Part shown: in pieces, positions 26,619 through 40,015 of the stretch
How the letters are laid out: each line of letters opens with the position of its first letter
Numbering within the stretch: position 1 is the first letter of the stretch
Assembly (NCBI RefSeq): GCF_001194135.2
Contig: NC_068981.1
Coordinates: forward strand, 51,769,845 to 51,833,844
Direction of reading: 5' to 3'
From: Octopus bimaculoides
Lineage: Eukaryota
Length of the DNA stretch: 64,000 nt
Position numbers and translations under genes: made by a program
Notes under the pieces: generated by a model
Seen by the model: the letters and a program-made list of their open reading frames with translations, nothing else
What the model was told of the DNA's origin: nothing
Databases searched by the model: none

Positions 26619-27793
26619 GCATACACACATGCAAGGAATCGAAAAGATCTTCACAAATTAACCTAGAAGCACCTCGGCATATTTCTCACTAAACATATTA
26701 ATTCCGACAGAACAGTATTCCCGGTTATTTAACTGATCAGTTAACTATTTGCTCGCTGGTCCCGGGAGTCCTGCGAATCTATGTTCGTATCGAAGTTATT
26801 ATCGGTATATTCAGAAAACAAAACGTCATTGTTTACTATGTACATATTTGTGTGTACCTATGTGTATCTGAATGTGTGTGTGTGCAGCATGGCCGACTGA
26901 ATTCATCACTAGTAAGTACTAACACTGTCGCTGTGCGTGTAAGTAACGTTAATTCTTCAGGTCACCATATTTGATTCGAAAATAATAGCTGAAATGACTG
27001 TCGGAGCACTTAAGCAAGGAGATAGTTACATGTTCCCGGTGTTTATAATAATATTCTACCTCGTGATGCTGGTTTCTCTTTCGTCCGTCGCTACTGCTAT
27101 GCTAATCTATGTATTTGTTAATGTCTATGCATATACATATATGTATATGCACGTGTGTGCACGAGCGAACGATCATACATATATGCTATATATACATACA
27201 TATATATATATATATGTGAGTGTGTGTGTGCGAGTGCGTGTATACACATATTTATGCATATATATATATATATATGCATTTATACGTATGTATGTATGTA
27301 CGTATGTATGTATATATATATGTATGTACGTATGTATGTAGTGTGAAAGATTCTCTTGCAGTTCTGTTTCTTAGACTGAGTTCTGAAGTTGCAGCGTTCC
27401 AGGATTTATTGCCTATTTTGGAGTTGAGAATGTATTAAAATATTAATTTTCAGGCAATAACCTCCCTTGAAATATTATGGTCAATACTACTCAATTTACA
27501 GTGAACAGAAGCTTTTACTCCTACCGCCGATTTGGTAAATATAGAGAGCAATATTATTAATGTATTGTTAAGGAGAACCTTATATGATATTCTCTGTTGG
27601 AAATATTTCAATGTTTGCGCGACCCATAGATATTTGTTTAGATGTATATATTTATATTCGTTATTACCTTTTGCTTTCTCTCTACTAACAATAGTACGTG
27701 ATAGATATGTGTATTTGTGTGACAGTGTGTACCTGACATTTTGGGCGTATAACATATAATTATATATGAATATATATGCATATATAGATATGC

Positions 27794-27855
<62 letters not shown>

Positions 27856-28164
27856 GAATGTGTGTGTGCGTGTATGTGTGTATGCATGTGTATGCGTGTG
27901 TTTCTGCATACATAAATGTATCTCACTTTATCATTTTTTCTGCACACATAGAGTCACATGTATAAACACAACCCCTATATTTTGTAATATGTGAGAGTGT
28001 TGATGTATACGTGTATGCTTCACGTAGTGCATGGATGTCTGGTTGTGCGCATTGATGTATAGCTATTAAATATATGTGTGTGTTCGTGTGTGTGTCCGTG
28101 TGTGTGTCTGTGACTGTGTGTGTGTGATTGTGTGTGTGTGTGTGTGTGCGATTGTGTGTGTGTG

Positions 28165-28207
<43 letters not shown>

Positions 28208-28622
28208 ATCAATAGACATTTTTATGAAGTACTGTTTGAAATAGGGCCAACACTAAGAAGAATAAATAAATATATTAGATCAGGTGATTCAATTGTCTAA
28301 GAAAACTAACTGCTAAATTATCTTATCGCCGCTTATGAGTGCCAGAATATAAAATGGAGTTGCCGACATGACTGCTGGAGAGCTTTCTCTAATCAACAGT
28401 TACGGTGCGATTCTTATATTAGGTTACGGTAAAGAAGATGTATCATATATATATATATATAGTATTGTATTGTATTGCCGTCTGAAAGGAATGATCTGGA
28501 CAAAGTTAGCCAACAAAGTACTTGCAAATTACCTTTATTCTCAAAACTTATTCAATATCTGTCTTTTATCTCTGACACTCATAACGGTTATAATACCATT
28601 CTGTGCACATAGCCACTCTCGA

Positions 28623-28654
<32 letters not shown>

Positions 28655-29084
28655 CTCTCTGTGTCACATGATAAGATATATGTATAAATTCACCCTTTCT
28701 TTAAATAAGCGTTCGCCAATATGAACCTCACAATGGCCATTGTGGGCATATGTGTAGGACTATATTATCTATATGTCCTTTCGTTTCCCAACAGAAAAGG
28801 GCATAATTTTATAGAGAGTTTGTTGTTATGCCTAACATGTAAGTTTGTGCAAATTCACTCTACTTAGATACAGAGGTCCATATAATTTTCTTAAGGGTTT
28901 GACCTTCCGCCTAAGCTACAAATCATTATTTGCCGAAAGAATGCTGAATTAGTAGAATCAGTAGATTTGCGGATAAATTTCGTAACGTGGTATCTTGAAT
29001 TCAAACCTCGCCGGAGAAGAGTTTGACTTTTATCATTTCAGTCTAAATCTGGCAGAATCGTTAGTACGTTAGATGGAATGCTTA

Positions 29085-29228
29085 GCAGTATTTCCGCCAA
29101 GGTACACTTTGCTTTTCATTCTTTCGGGATCGGTAAAGGAAGTCCCAGTGCAACACTGGAGTCGATGTATTCGACCAGTCCCCTCTCCACAAATTTATGG
29201 CCTTGTACCTATAGTAGAAAGGATTATT
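29085..29228 (+). mobile_element. SINE-like family C
   Basis: gccaaggtacactttgcttttcattctttcgggatcggtaaag..ggagtcgatgtattcgac..ggccttgtacctatagtagaaaggattatt; homologous to 47425-47572 and 39305-39447. Confidence 0.75.
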
Positions 29229-29599
29229 TCAGTCTAAATAAAATAGATACAAATCAAAAACTGGATTCGATTTACTTAACTATTCCAAATCTGTAATGTT
29301 ATGGCTATCTCAGAAGCCATTTTATGAAATAAATAAAAAAAAGTTTGATGCTTATCAAATTCTTATGGAAAGATATCTAAACAGCTGTTCAAGAAATTAC
29401 TGCTATTACCATATTTATGAATGATATGATTGATCTTGAAGATGGAGAGCATTTCTTGACAACCACTGTAACTTAAAGTAATCGTAGTCTATACTTCGAA
29501 CAATAGTTATTTACAGTCACCGAACGTAGCAATAATATGGTCCCAGTTCTTCAAATATAATTATAGATAATTTGAAGTAAGGGAATTACCTTTCACCAT

Positions 29600-29839
29600 T
29601 TATTTGTCTCAATTATTAGACTGCGGTTATGCTGGGGCACCGCCTTCAAGAATTTCAGTCGAACGAATCAGCCCCAGTACTTATATATACTTTTATTTAT
29701 TTATCTTTTTTTTTTCCAAAGCCTGGTACTTACTTTATTGGTCTCATACCGAACCGTTAAGTTACGGGAGCGTAAACACACTAACACCGGTTGTCAAGTG
29801 GTGTTGGGGGACAAATACAGATACACACACACACGCAAG

Positions 29840-29870
<31 letters not shown>

Positions 29871-30245
29871 GTATATATATATATGTATGTGTGTGTATGT
29901 ATATATATATACATATATATACATATATANNNNNNNNNNNNNNNNNNNNNNNNNNNNNNNNNNNNNNNNNNNNNNNNNNNNNNNNNNNNNNNNNNNNNNN
30001 NNNNNNNNNNNNNNNNNNNNNNNNNNNNNNNNNNNNNNNNNNNNNNNNNNNNNNNNNNNNNNNNNNNNNNNNNNNNNNNNNNNNNNNNNNNNNNNNNNNN
30101 NNNNNNNNNNNNNNNNNNNNNNNNNNNNNNNNNNNNNNNNNNNNNNNNNNNNNNNNNNNNNNNNNNNNNNNNNNNNNNNNNNNNNNNNNNNNNNNNNNNN
30201 NNNNNNNNNNNNNNNNNNNNNNNNNNNNNNNNNNNNNNNNNNNNN

Positions 30246-30279
<34 letters not shown>

Positions 30280-30450
30280 GCATACACACACACACACAAC
30301 GGGCTTCCTCCAGCCTTCGCTCACCAAATCCAGTTTCGTCGGCCCGAGGCTATAGTAGAACACACTTGCCCATGGTGCCACGCAGTAGGACTGAATCCAG
30401 AACCATGTTGTTGGGAAGTAAACTTCTAACCTCACAGCCATGCCTGCGCC
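29600..30450 (-). mobile_element. SINE family A with expanded internal microsatellite and gap
   Basis: Tail at 29600-29800, head ending cacagccatgcctgcgcc at 30450; gap 29930-30245 lies in the internal TA tract. Confidence 0.9.
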
Positions 30451-30811
30451 GGCGAATTAATTTTGAGTGTGGGAGGGGGTATAGTATCGAAATGTGTTGA
30501 TGACTACACTTAAGTTATATCAGTAACAGTAGCAGTATGTTATTTCTATTGAAAATAATTTTGTTCGACAACAAATATAGATTGGTCTGTTATCTGATAA
30601 TTAGTTCTTTGTTCAAATTACTTTTATCTAACATGTTCAAAAACATATTTACGCGCAAATAATTTACACAAATTCACGTATACACACTCGTACGCTTATT
30701 TTTCAACATATACACACACAGATACACACATATATACATATGAAAATATAGGTATATACACAAGAATTCATTTGTGTGTGTGTATGTATAAAAATTTATA
30801 TATATATATAT

Positions 30812-30972
30812 ATGACTGTGTGATAAGAAGCTTGCTTCCCGATCACATGTTCCTGACTTCAGTCCGACGCAGTGGGACTGCATGGCACCTTGGGCAAGTG
30901 TCTTCTACTATAGCCTCGAGCCAACCAATGCTTTGTGACTGGATTTAGTAGGAGCAAACTGAAAGTAGCCCG

Positions 30973-31023
<51 letters not shown>

Positions 31024-31240
31024 TGTGTATGTGTGTGTCTATATGTCTGTGTTTGTCTCCCCATCACCGCTTGACAACCTGTATTGTGTTTAAGCTTCTG
31101 TAATTTAGGGGTTCGACAAAAGAGACCGATAGAATAAGTACTAGACTCAAAAAGTAAGTTCTGGGATCGATTTGTTTGACTAAAACCCTTCAAGGTGATG
31201 CTCCATCATGGCCACAGTCAAATGACTGAAACAAGTATAA
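30812..31240 (+). mobile_element. SINE family A
   Basis: atgactgtgtgataagaagcttgc..ggcaccttgggcaagtgtcttctactatagcc..atgactgaaacaag. Confidence 0.9.
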
Positions 31241-31300
31241 ATCTCTGAGCGAGAAATAAGTAGTAACAGTACTACAGGGTAAGGTCTAGTTGCCAACGTA

Positions 31301-31646
31301 AAGTGACAGTCCTTGTAAGGACGATGTTACTACCTTTTTTAGTACCAAGAAAACATCTTTTCCAGTTGGCTATCGACGAACAACTGCGTCCTTACACCTC
31401 AAAGAATGGAGGGAATTTCCCCACTCAGCCTTAAACGGTACCAGCGAACAAATGGTTTCTAGGTTTTTTCCCTTCATCGGCACCAGAAACCATTGGTCCG
31501 CACGTACCGTTTAAGACTGTATGGGGACATTAGCTTATTTGTTCGAGGTATTAAGAACGCAGTTGTGCGTCGATAGCGAGCTCGAAAAGATGTTTTCCTG
31601 GCGCTAAAAAAAGGTAGTAACATCGTCCTAACCAGGACTACCACTA
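31301..31646. mobile_element. Foldback MITE, probable Tc1/mariner type, with TA on both sides
   Basis: agtccttgtaaggacgatgttactaccttttttag..aaaacatctttt..gctatcgacg.acaactgcgt pairs with 31552-31639; inner arms aaacggtac..aatggtttct pair with agaaaccatt..gtaccgttt. TA at 31299-300 and 31647-48. Confidence 0.8.
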
Positions 31647-32058
31647 TATGCTAGCAAATAGACTTTACTATATATATATATATATATATATATATNNNNN
31701 NNNNNNNNNNNNNNNNNNNNNNNNNNNNNNNNNNNNNNNNNNNNNNNNNNNNNNNNNNNNNNNNNNNNNNNNNNNNNNNNNNNNNNNNNNNNNNNNNNNN
31801 NNNNNNNNNNNNNNNNNNNNNNNNNNNNNNNNNNNNNNNNNNNNNNNNNNNNNNNNNNNNNNNNNNNNNNNNNNNNNNNNNNNNNNNNNNNNNNNNNNNN
31901 NNNNNNNNNNNNNNNNNNNNNNNNNNNNNNNNNNNNNNNNNNNNNNNNNNNNNNNNNNNNNNNNNNNNNNNNNNNNNNNNNNNNNNNNNNNNNNNNNNNN
32001 NNNNNNNNNNNNNNNNNNNNNNNNNNNNNNNNNNNNNNNNNNNNNNNNNNNNNNNNNN

Positions 32059-32092
<34 letters not shown>

Positions 32093-32097
32093 CATAC

Positions 32098-32412
32098 AAA
32101 TGATTCTTTTAGCAACATCGTGCCGCATACGGAGGTAATGCGAAGATATTTTAGGACAGCTGTTAATCACATGCGTAATGTCTTCCACAAAAACATGACA
32201 TAGCCTACACATGCGGTTGCACCTTGGATTTACAAGAGCGTCACTATCTCTCTTGTTCTCCAGGTACTTTGTAGCAATCTCCTGTTTCTTGATTGCAAGC
32301 ACATATCCTTCAAAGTGTGTTCTGACGTAGTGGTCCTATGTCCAAGAGAGGCTGCGCTTCGTGTTAATTCTACTGTCTTCTTCAAGCTTCCGGACAACAT
32401 ACCCATGCATGG
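32098..32412 (-). mobile_element. R4/Dong-clade internal fragment E (CCHC knuckle region)
   Basis: HGYVVRKL..SLSWT..THFEGYVLAIKKQEIATKYL..CRLCHVFVEDITHVINSCPKISSHYLRMRHD. Confidence 0.88.
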
Positions 32413-32419
32413 TCTTTTT

Positions 32420-34470
32420 TTATTTGTATGCTTTTTATTTTTCGAAATTGATGAAAAGGGGAACGAAAATCCTTTTTTCTTTTTTTCTTTGGACGTGTAA
32501 ACAGGAAAATAACACAAAAGCCGTTGTTAACAATTGGAGTTACCAGAGGGGAGAGGAAATGTAACATTAACTAGGTTTATCCGTGCAGAAAAAAAACCTA
32601 CGAAAAAGAGCCACGGTAACTTCGAAAACGAAAAAGAAAAACATTAACATGAAAGCAAGGCACTCTTTCTCTCTTTGTTTTCTAGGATCATGCTCAAGGT
32701 GGTTCCGTCATTTATTCGTACCGCCTTTGCCACATTCACCCACCTTTTGTTGAACCTTTTATTAGACAAAACCTCCCTCTCTATTCTCACATTCCTCTTC
32801 AAGTGATACTTGAAGAAGTTGATGACAAGTTGGCCTTTCGCACGAGTCCACCACATACATTCTTTCACCAAGCCACCAGTACAATAAAACTGTCTTGCCT
32901 TCCCGGTTAAAGGAAGATAGAAGGACAATATTCACGATAGACTCAGCCGACAACCGAATTCGTTCCACACGTGACAGCAGCCGTTCGACATACTCCCACA
33001 GGTCTGAAATGTTTGGACATTGCGCGAGTGCGTGCAGAACGGTTTCGTCACTCTGACTGCATCTCGGGCAAGTCGGTCCGGTGTTTCTTGAACCGTGCCT
33101 GTAGAACTTATCCTAGACGGGCAATGCTTCCCGATAGCACTCCTAGCCAGGGATCTCTGGAAACTGTCCATAAGTCCCGGCCTGAAAGTGGTTCTGAAGA
33201 GACGGGCCAGGTTGTTCCTCGTCGACGCCCAGGGTCTCCTCAAGACGTCGTCGCACCTCCCCTCTATTACTCCTTTATAGAACGCCTTCGTAGAATTGAA
33301 GTTGCACAAGTTTGATCCCAGACGGCAGAGTTGCTCGTGAGCATAGCGACACCTGCAGTGCCACTCGCCCATCCTCGGTCTCTGTTTGATCCAGGATTGC
33401 AGTTCGGTCAAAGAGACACGCTGCGGGAAAGTGCGTCTCACAGACGTCGACCACACCTGTTCATCGTCGTCTATGAATTGCTGGAGATGTCGCAGTCCCA
33501 GCACATGTTTGCACATAATTAACCACGGCATGCCCAGCCCTCCATTTAGCGGATGTTGGCAGCAAATGGGTCACCTGACCATCAGAATACTTCCCTTCCA
33601 CAAAAAGCGGAAGATTATGCGTTCCAATTTTGTGATGGTGGGGTCGGGACAAGGCGACGGTCAGACGGTAGTAGATGACGGATGCGATGTACGCATTTTC
33701 CACTTAGCCCGACCTTTTAGAGATAGCTTCCTCTCGCCTCGGCCCATTGCTGGGTGAGAGTGGCTACCCTATCTCTATGTGAGCTGTTTCACCCGTTTGT
33801 GGAGCTCTCTCATTTGTTGTACTGATGGTGGTGTGGGTAACAGTGCTGCTTTGCGGGTAGTGTTTTCTGTTTGCTGTTGCTGCTGTTGCTGTCTTTGTTG
33901 TTGTTGTTGTTGTTCCTTTATTGTTGCTCAGTCAATTTTTAGTTGGTTTTTACTGCCACGAAGGTGACAGCGTGGTCTTTTGCCTTCAACTGCTACATGT
34001 AAGGTGGTACCGTCCGGCAATTTTATAAGATCTGGCACATTTTCTATTGTCTCTTGATCAGCTTGAACCAAAACTTCGAACGACTGACCTGTCCAGTTTT
34101 GATGTTCGAGGACGGCAATTTCTAAGATGCTAGCAACTTCCTCGAGATTATACCAGATGGCTGACACCAGGCATCGTACTTCTATTTCAGGGTGCACATC
34201 TTTAATTTTTATTTTTGTAACCCAACGACCTAGGTACGTAGGAAACATTATGACTTTTTCACTCTTTATTGACTGTATAGAGTAAGCTTTTGTTTGCCCC
34301 TGTGTGTTAAATCTGATTTCAGCTGTGGAAAATCTTTTGCCCTTGGTGTAGGTGGGAGGTAGCGGTGAAGGCGAGGGTATGGACAGATATGTATTCATTG
34401 TTGTTAATTTCCTTTCCTACCTTGTTAGTAGCGACGCTAGCGTCAGAATGTGTAACGGCGTTGTTTGGCT
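32420..34470 (-). mobile_element. Tx1/L1-clade LINE, internally deleted (ORF1 joined to post-RT ORF2 C-terminus and 3' UTR)
   Basis: ORF1 33928-34398 ends VEGKRPRCHLRGSKNQLKID (degenerate knuckle), then poly-Q. From about 33750: RKLSLKGRA..YIASVIYYRL..IFRFLWKG..GGLGMP, and GPTCPRCSQSDETVLHALAQC (CCHC). No APE or YADD core between them. Confidence 0.85.
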
Positions 34471-35304
34471 CTGTGTGTGTTTGTGTGTGTGCGCGCGCGC
34501 GTGTGTGTAAGTTCAGTTTTCTTTCTTTTTCGCAGCATTTGTCAGTGGGGAAAAGGGCATTCATGTCGAAATGGGACACGGGAACGCTGATATCCTCAGA
34601 AAAGCTATTCATTTTTCAGCACAGATTGAAATTTTTTTTTTTTAATGAAATTTAAAATTCGAAAACTACACCCTTAAAAGGTGAATTTTTGTATGAGCAA
34701 TTCGCTCACGTGAAAGCAGATGTTGTTAACCAACTATTGACAAAAATTCAATACAAATCTGCATAAATAAACACGAGAAATTGTTTAGATTTACGCAGAC
34801 GAAAAAGACGACAGCCAATAAGATAGATAGATTAGATAGATAGATAGATATTACATAAAAAAATACTCATAAATAAATGAAATAATGCTATTCAATATTA
34901 ACATTAAATATGAAATCAAAAAATGTAACTTAAACCTGAAATGATTACAAACTACTGAAAGTTTCAAAGAAAAATTGTAAAAATAAAAAAAGAAGGAATT
35001 AAGGTTGAAGACAAACTTAAGACCTGCATCAACTTATAGAAATTCTCGACAATGATTCTGTCTAGTGTATATTTACACCAGTGGTATTGGTAAAGAAGCG
35101 AACTGTCCATCCAAAGTAAAATCTGAATAACAGTAAACAAGAATCTCACCAAACATGAATAAGGCAGGATATAAAATGTAGTTTTGAATATCTTGTTTCA
35201 TTGAAGTAATTTCCGTGAAAAAAAAAATTCTATAGAATGGAAACGATTGAATGAAATGATTTTGTGAACGTTCAGCAGGAGCAAACGTAAATGGAAAGAC
35301 GGAA

Positions 35305-36110
35305 AATACATACATACATACATACATACATGTGTATATATATATGTATATATATATATACATATANNNNNNNNNNNNNNNNNNNNNNNNNNNNNNNNNN
35401 NNNNNNNNNNNNNNNNNNNNNNNNNNNNNNNNNNNNNNNNNNNNNNNNNNNNNNNNNNNNNNNNNNNNNNNNNNNNNNNNNNNNNNNNNNNNNNNNNNNN
35501 NNNNNNNNNNNNNNNNNNNNNNNNNNNNNNNNNNNNNNNNNNNNNNNNNNNNNNNNNNNNNNNNNNNNNNNNNNNNNNNNNNNNNNNNNNNNNNNNNNNN
35601 NNNNNNNNNNNNNNNNNNNNNNNNNNNNNNNNNNNNNNNNNNNNNNNNNNNNNNNNNNNNNNNNNNNNNNNNNNNNNNNNNNNNNNNNNNNNNNNNNNNN
35701 NNNNNNNNNNNNNNNNNNNNNNNNNNNNNNNNNNNNNNNNNNNNNNNNNNNNNNNNNNNNNNNNNNNNNNNNNNNNNNNNNNNNNNNNNNNNNNNNNNNN
35801 NNNNNNNNNNNNNNNNNNNNNNNNNNNNNNNNNNNNNNNNNNNNNNNNNNNNNNNNNNNNNNNNNNNNNNNNNNNNNNNNNNNNNNNNNNNNNNNNNNNN
35901 NNNNNNNNNNNNNNNNNNNNNNNNNNNNNNNNNNNNNNNNNNNNNNNNNNNNNNNNNNNNNNNACATACGTACATACATGCATACATACATACATGCATG
36001 CATGCATTCATGCATACATACATACATACATACATACATACATGCATACATACATACATACATACATACATACATACATACATACATACATACATACATA
36101 CATACGTGCG
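35305..36110. repeat. (TACA)n/(TA)n arrays around gap 35367-35963
   Basis: Directly visible. Confidence 0.95.
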
Positions 36111-36446
36111 TAGTACAATTCAAAGTTCGTTTGGTATCAGTTTTCAAATTTACTTGGCCACTTGGCTTCACAATGTTATTCGTAATATTTGTCTATTTGA
36201 AGGTATAAAGCTGGCTGTCCATTGGCAATGTAAACAGAGACAGGTAACCAGCTAGATAGTAAATTACCTTTTTTTTATTTCTAAACTATAATAGTTGCAA
36301 AATTGAAGTCTGCAACATTATTATAATCATTATAATAAATCTAATCTGATCGGGTAATTAAAAAGCGTAATTAAATGAAACATACTGGGAAATTGCTTAC
36401 AGCTATAAAGACCATTAAGTGTGTGTGTGTGTGTGTGTGAAAGAGA

Positions 36447-36488
<42 letters not shown>

Positions 36489-36819
36489 GAGAGAGAGAAT
36501 GTGCCTGTACTTATAAAACGGAAGTATTATTTTATATGTCCTCTATATGTGGGTGTATGCTAATGCGTTTATGTGTATGTGTAAATACACACACATACAC
36601 ACATATACACATACACACACACATATATATATATTTTTATTAGCACACTATGTGTGTATACTTATATGTAAATACTCTCACACATACATATATACACATG
36701 CGCACAGGTACATATGCAAGTAGGTAGACTTGTTATTTATGCAGTACGTTCTGACTCTGTTGAAAGCTAGCTTCTCCCCCTATCTTTTTCTCTCTTTCTC
36801 TTTCTCTATGCCTGTCTCA

Positions 36820-36868
<49 letters not shown>

Positions 36869-38162
36869 TCTCTCTCTTTCCATTTCTTTCTCTCTTTTTA
36901 TTTGGTTAATATATGTTTGTCACATTACCCAAAAATTGCCTGAACGCTTTTGTTTCTGAAGGTCTATGTGTGCGCGCAAATGTGCATCCTTACATCGTGT
37001 ATGTAAGTTAATTAATCCAAGTGAAGGCCGTTATTCAGATTGTCAACGTCGATAGTCTCTTTCTTTCTTTTTTTCGCGATTTTACGTACGGAGTTCAAAT
37101 CACACTGTGATTCACTATGCTTGCATTAGTTCGAGGTGAGTATAATAAATTACAAATGAAGTAATGAGTTTGATTTAATCAACTGAAACTAATGTATCCC
37201 TGGCTAATTCAAGCAAGTTACTTTGGCTGAGAACGAAACGTTTTAGTACTAGTTAAGCTTCAAGGCAACATTATTAGGTATTATTAGCTTTGGAAGACCT
37301 AATAATCAATGACACATAAATTCTATAATGAAAGAAATATATTAGGCGAGTCTGTTTTCAGTCCTGGCACATATCACCAGGAGAAATAAAGGAATATGAA
37401 AACTCGACTACAAGCTCGCGAAGCCTTCATTATTAATGCAATGAGTTACTCGCTTCAAGCTGTAAGCTACGTCGCTGCATGGGGTACTTTATAGGGACAC
37501 TTGGAATAGAAAATTGTTGAGTTGTGCAGCTTTGAGGAAGTTATAGCGCAATTTAAGTTAAGTAAGTCGAAACAGTCGCACGAATTCGGATTACCGAGAA
37601 ATTATCGTTATACTACAGTCCAATGACAGAAAGTTCTTAAATTTGGTGGTAAGATAAGATGCATTAGTTACTTGGTACATACAATATTAAACAGGCTTTC
37701 CGCTATTGCAGCGTTTGAATAGAATCCTGCTGCGCTCTTCCAATTTATTTTCTCTCACACCGGTGTATGTATCATTGTGTATACATATATATANNNNNNN
37801 NNNNNNNNNNNNNNNNNNNNNNNNNNNNNNNNNNNNNNNNNNNNNNNNNNNNNNNNNNNNNNNNNNNNNNNNNNNNNNNNNNNNNNNNNNNNNNNNNNNN
37901 NNNNNNNNNNNNNNNNNNNNNNNNNNNNNNNNNNNNNNNNNNNNNNNNNNNNNNNNNNNNNNNNNNNNNNNNNNNNNNNNNNNNNNNNNNNNNNNNNNNN
38001 NNNNNNNNNNNNNNNNNNNNNNNNNNNNNNNNNNNNNNNNNNNNNNNNNNNNNNNNNNNNNNNNNNNNNNNNNNNNNNNNNNNNNNNNNNNNNNNNNNNN
38101 NNNNNNNNNNNNNNNNNNNNNNNNNNNNNNNNNNNNNNNNNNNNNNNNNNNNNNNNNNNNNN

Positions 38163-38200
<38 letters not shown>

Positions 38201-39239
38201 AACCTGTCCAAAGCAGTCTCCTGAAAAAGTAAATTTATTGTTTTACGTAGAATTAATTTAGTTTTGTCTCTTGCAAAACAATTCCCTTTCCTATTGATGC
38301 TCTTTACCCAAAGTTTATTCCAATTTTAGAATTCTCGAAGCAAATTTTCTTCGATTTCTTCAGTCACCTTTGAGTTTGAAAGGGTCAAATCTTGGAAGTG
38401 GAGTCACCAGGGAGAGACTTATTTCGTACTGTTCCCAAAAGTCATGATTAAGAAATGCGGTATGAGAAAGTACTTTTTATAATTCACCAACTAAGCTTTA
38501 CTTTTTCGAATGTTCAGGTCACATTTTTCCACTGCCTGTCTCAAATGCCGCTGGATATTTCAGTCAAATTTTATATCGATCATATAACTACGGAACAAAC
38601 ACCTCATGAGCAACGTCCTTCTAATCAGAAAACATGACCATCATCACTTTCATATTTGAGCCACTCTGACGAATTATTTTTAAACTGCTGTGACGATTAG
38701 TCGTCAAGAACCTTTTTGTTTTGAATTCGTAGGCATACACCAACAGATAACCAAAAAAGGGAATCTAGTCACAGTCAAGGATTTCCTACATTAGGGTGAC
38801 CCGGCTCTCTTTTCATTCATCTCAACAAATGCAACACAGGTTATGTAGTAACGCCGTGCATCTTTATATGGCACAAACACTTACAGAAACCTAGTCCTTT
38901 GGAAACTTTACGGAGAGCAACGCAACGGTTTTCAAGCAGCAGAGCCTGCACTTTCACAATATGATCGTCCACGGTTTTCGAAGGACATGGGTTGGTCATA
39001 TTTCATATCATCTTTGATGGATGTTCTTCCAGATTTAAATTGCTTTTATTTCATATGACATCGTGTATGTCATAGACACTCTTCTACATAGTAGTGTTGC
39101 AAAATAAGAAAAGCTTCCAAAACAATGTTTTTTTGAATTAACAAAATGACTTCTCACAAACGCAATGATCTTCCAGAGTACACTAAACATACGTTTATAC
39201 AAACACATGTTGTTTGATGACTAACTAAAGTGATGTAAT

Positions 39240-39447
39240 GAAAGGAAAAGTCAACCCCCGTGGAATTTTAACTAAGAACGTAAAGAATGAAGAGAAACAC
39301 CACAAAGCATGGTTTGAAATTTTGGTACAAAGCCAGGAAGTTTTTAGAGGGAGAGAATATGTTGATTACATCGACCCCGGTGCTCAACGGCTACTTATGT
39401 TGACTCCGAAAGGATGAAAGGCAAAGCCAACCTCAACAACGTTTGAA
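39240..39447 (-). mobile_element. Two adjacent SINE family C fragments
   Basis: aaggaaaagtcaacccccgtggaatttt and ttacatcgaccccggtgctcaac..gactccgaaaggatgaaaggcaaagccaacctc. Confidence 0.7.
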
Positions 39448-39503
39448 GTGATAACGTAAGGAACCGGAAAAAAATCGCCAAGTAAGCAAGCAAGCAAGCA
39501 AAT

Positions 39504-39576
<73 letters not shown>

Positions 39577-39581
<5 letters not shown>

Positions 39582-39757
39582 CTGTGTAGTAAGTAGCTTG
39601 CTTACCAACCACATGGTTCTGGGTCCATTCCCACNNNNNNNNNNNNNNNNNNNNNNNNNNNNNNNNNNNNNNNNNNNNNNNNNNNNNNNNNNNNNNNNNN
39701 NNNNNNNNNNNNNNNNNNNNNNNNNNNNNNNNNNNNNNNNNNNNNNNNNNNNNNNNN

Positions 39758-39796
<39 letters not shown>

Positions 39797-40015
39797 ATAT
39801 GTTTGTGTGTCTGTGTTTGTCCCCCCAGCATCGCTTGACAATCGATAATGGTGTGTTTATGTCCCCGTAACTTAGCGGTTCGGCAAAATTGACCGATAGA
39901 ATAAGTACTAGGCTTCCAAAGAATAAGTCTTGGGGTCGATTTGCTCGACTAAAAGGCGGTGCTCCAGCATGGCAGCAGTCAGATGACTGAAACAAGTAAA
40001 AGAGTAAAAGAGTAC
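39577..40015 (+). mobile_element. SINE family A, preceded by (AGT)n
   Basis: agtggctgtgtagtaagtagcttgcttacc..ggcggtgctccagcatggc..gagtaaaagagta; gap 39635-39757 is inside it. Confidence 0.92.
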
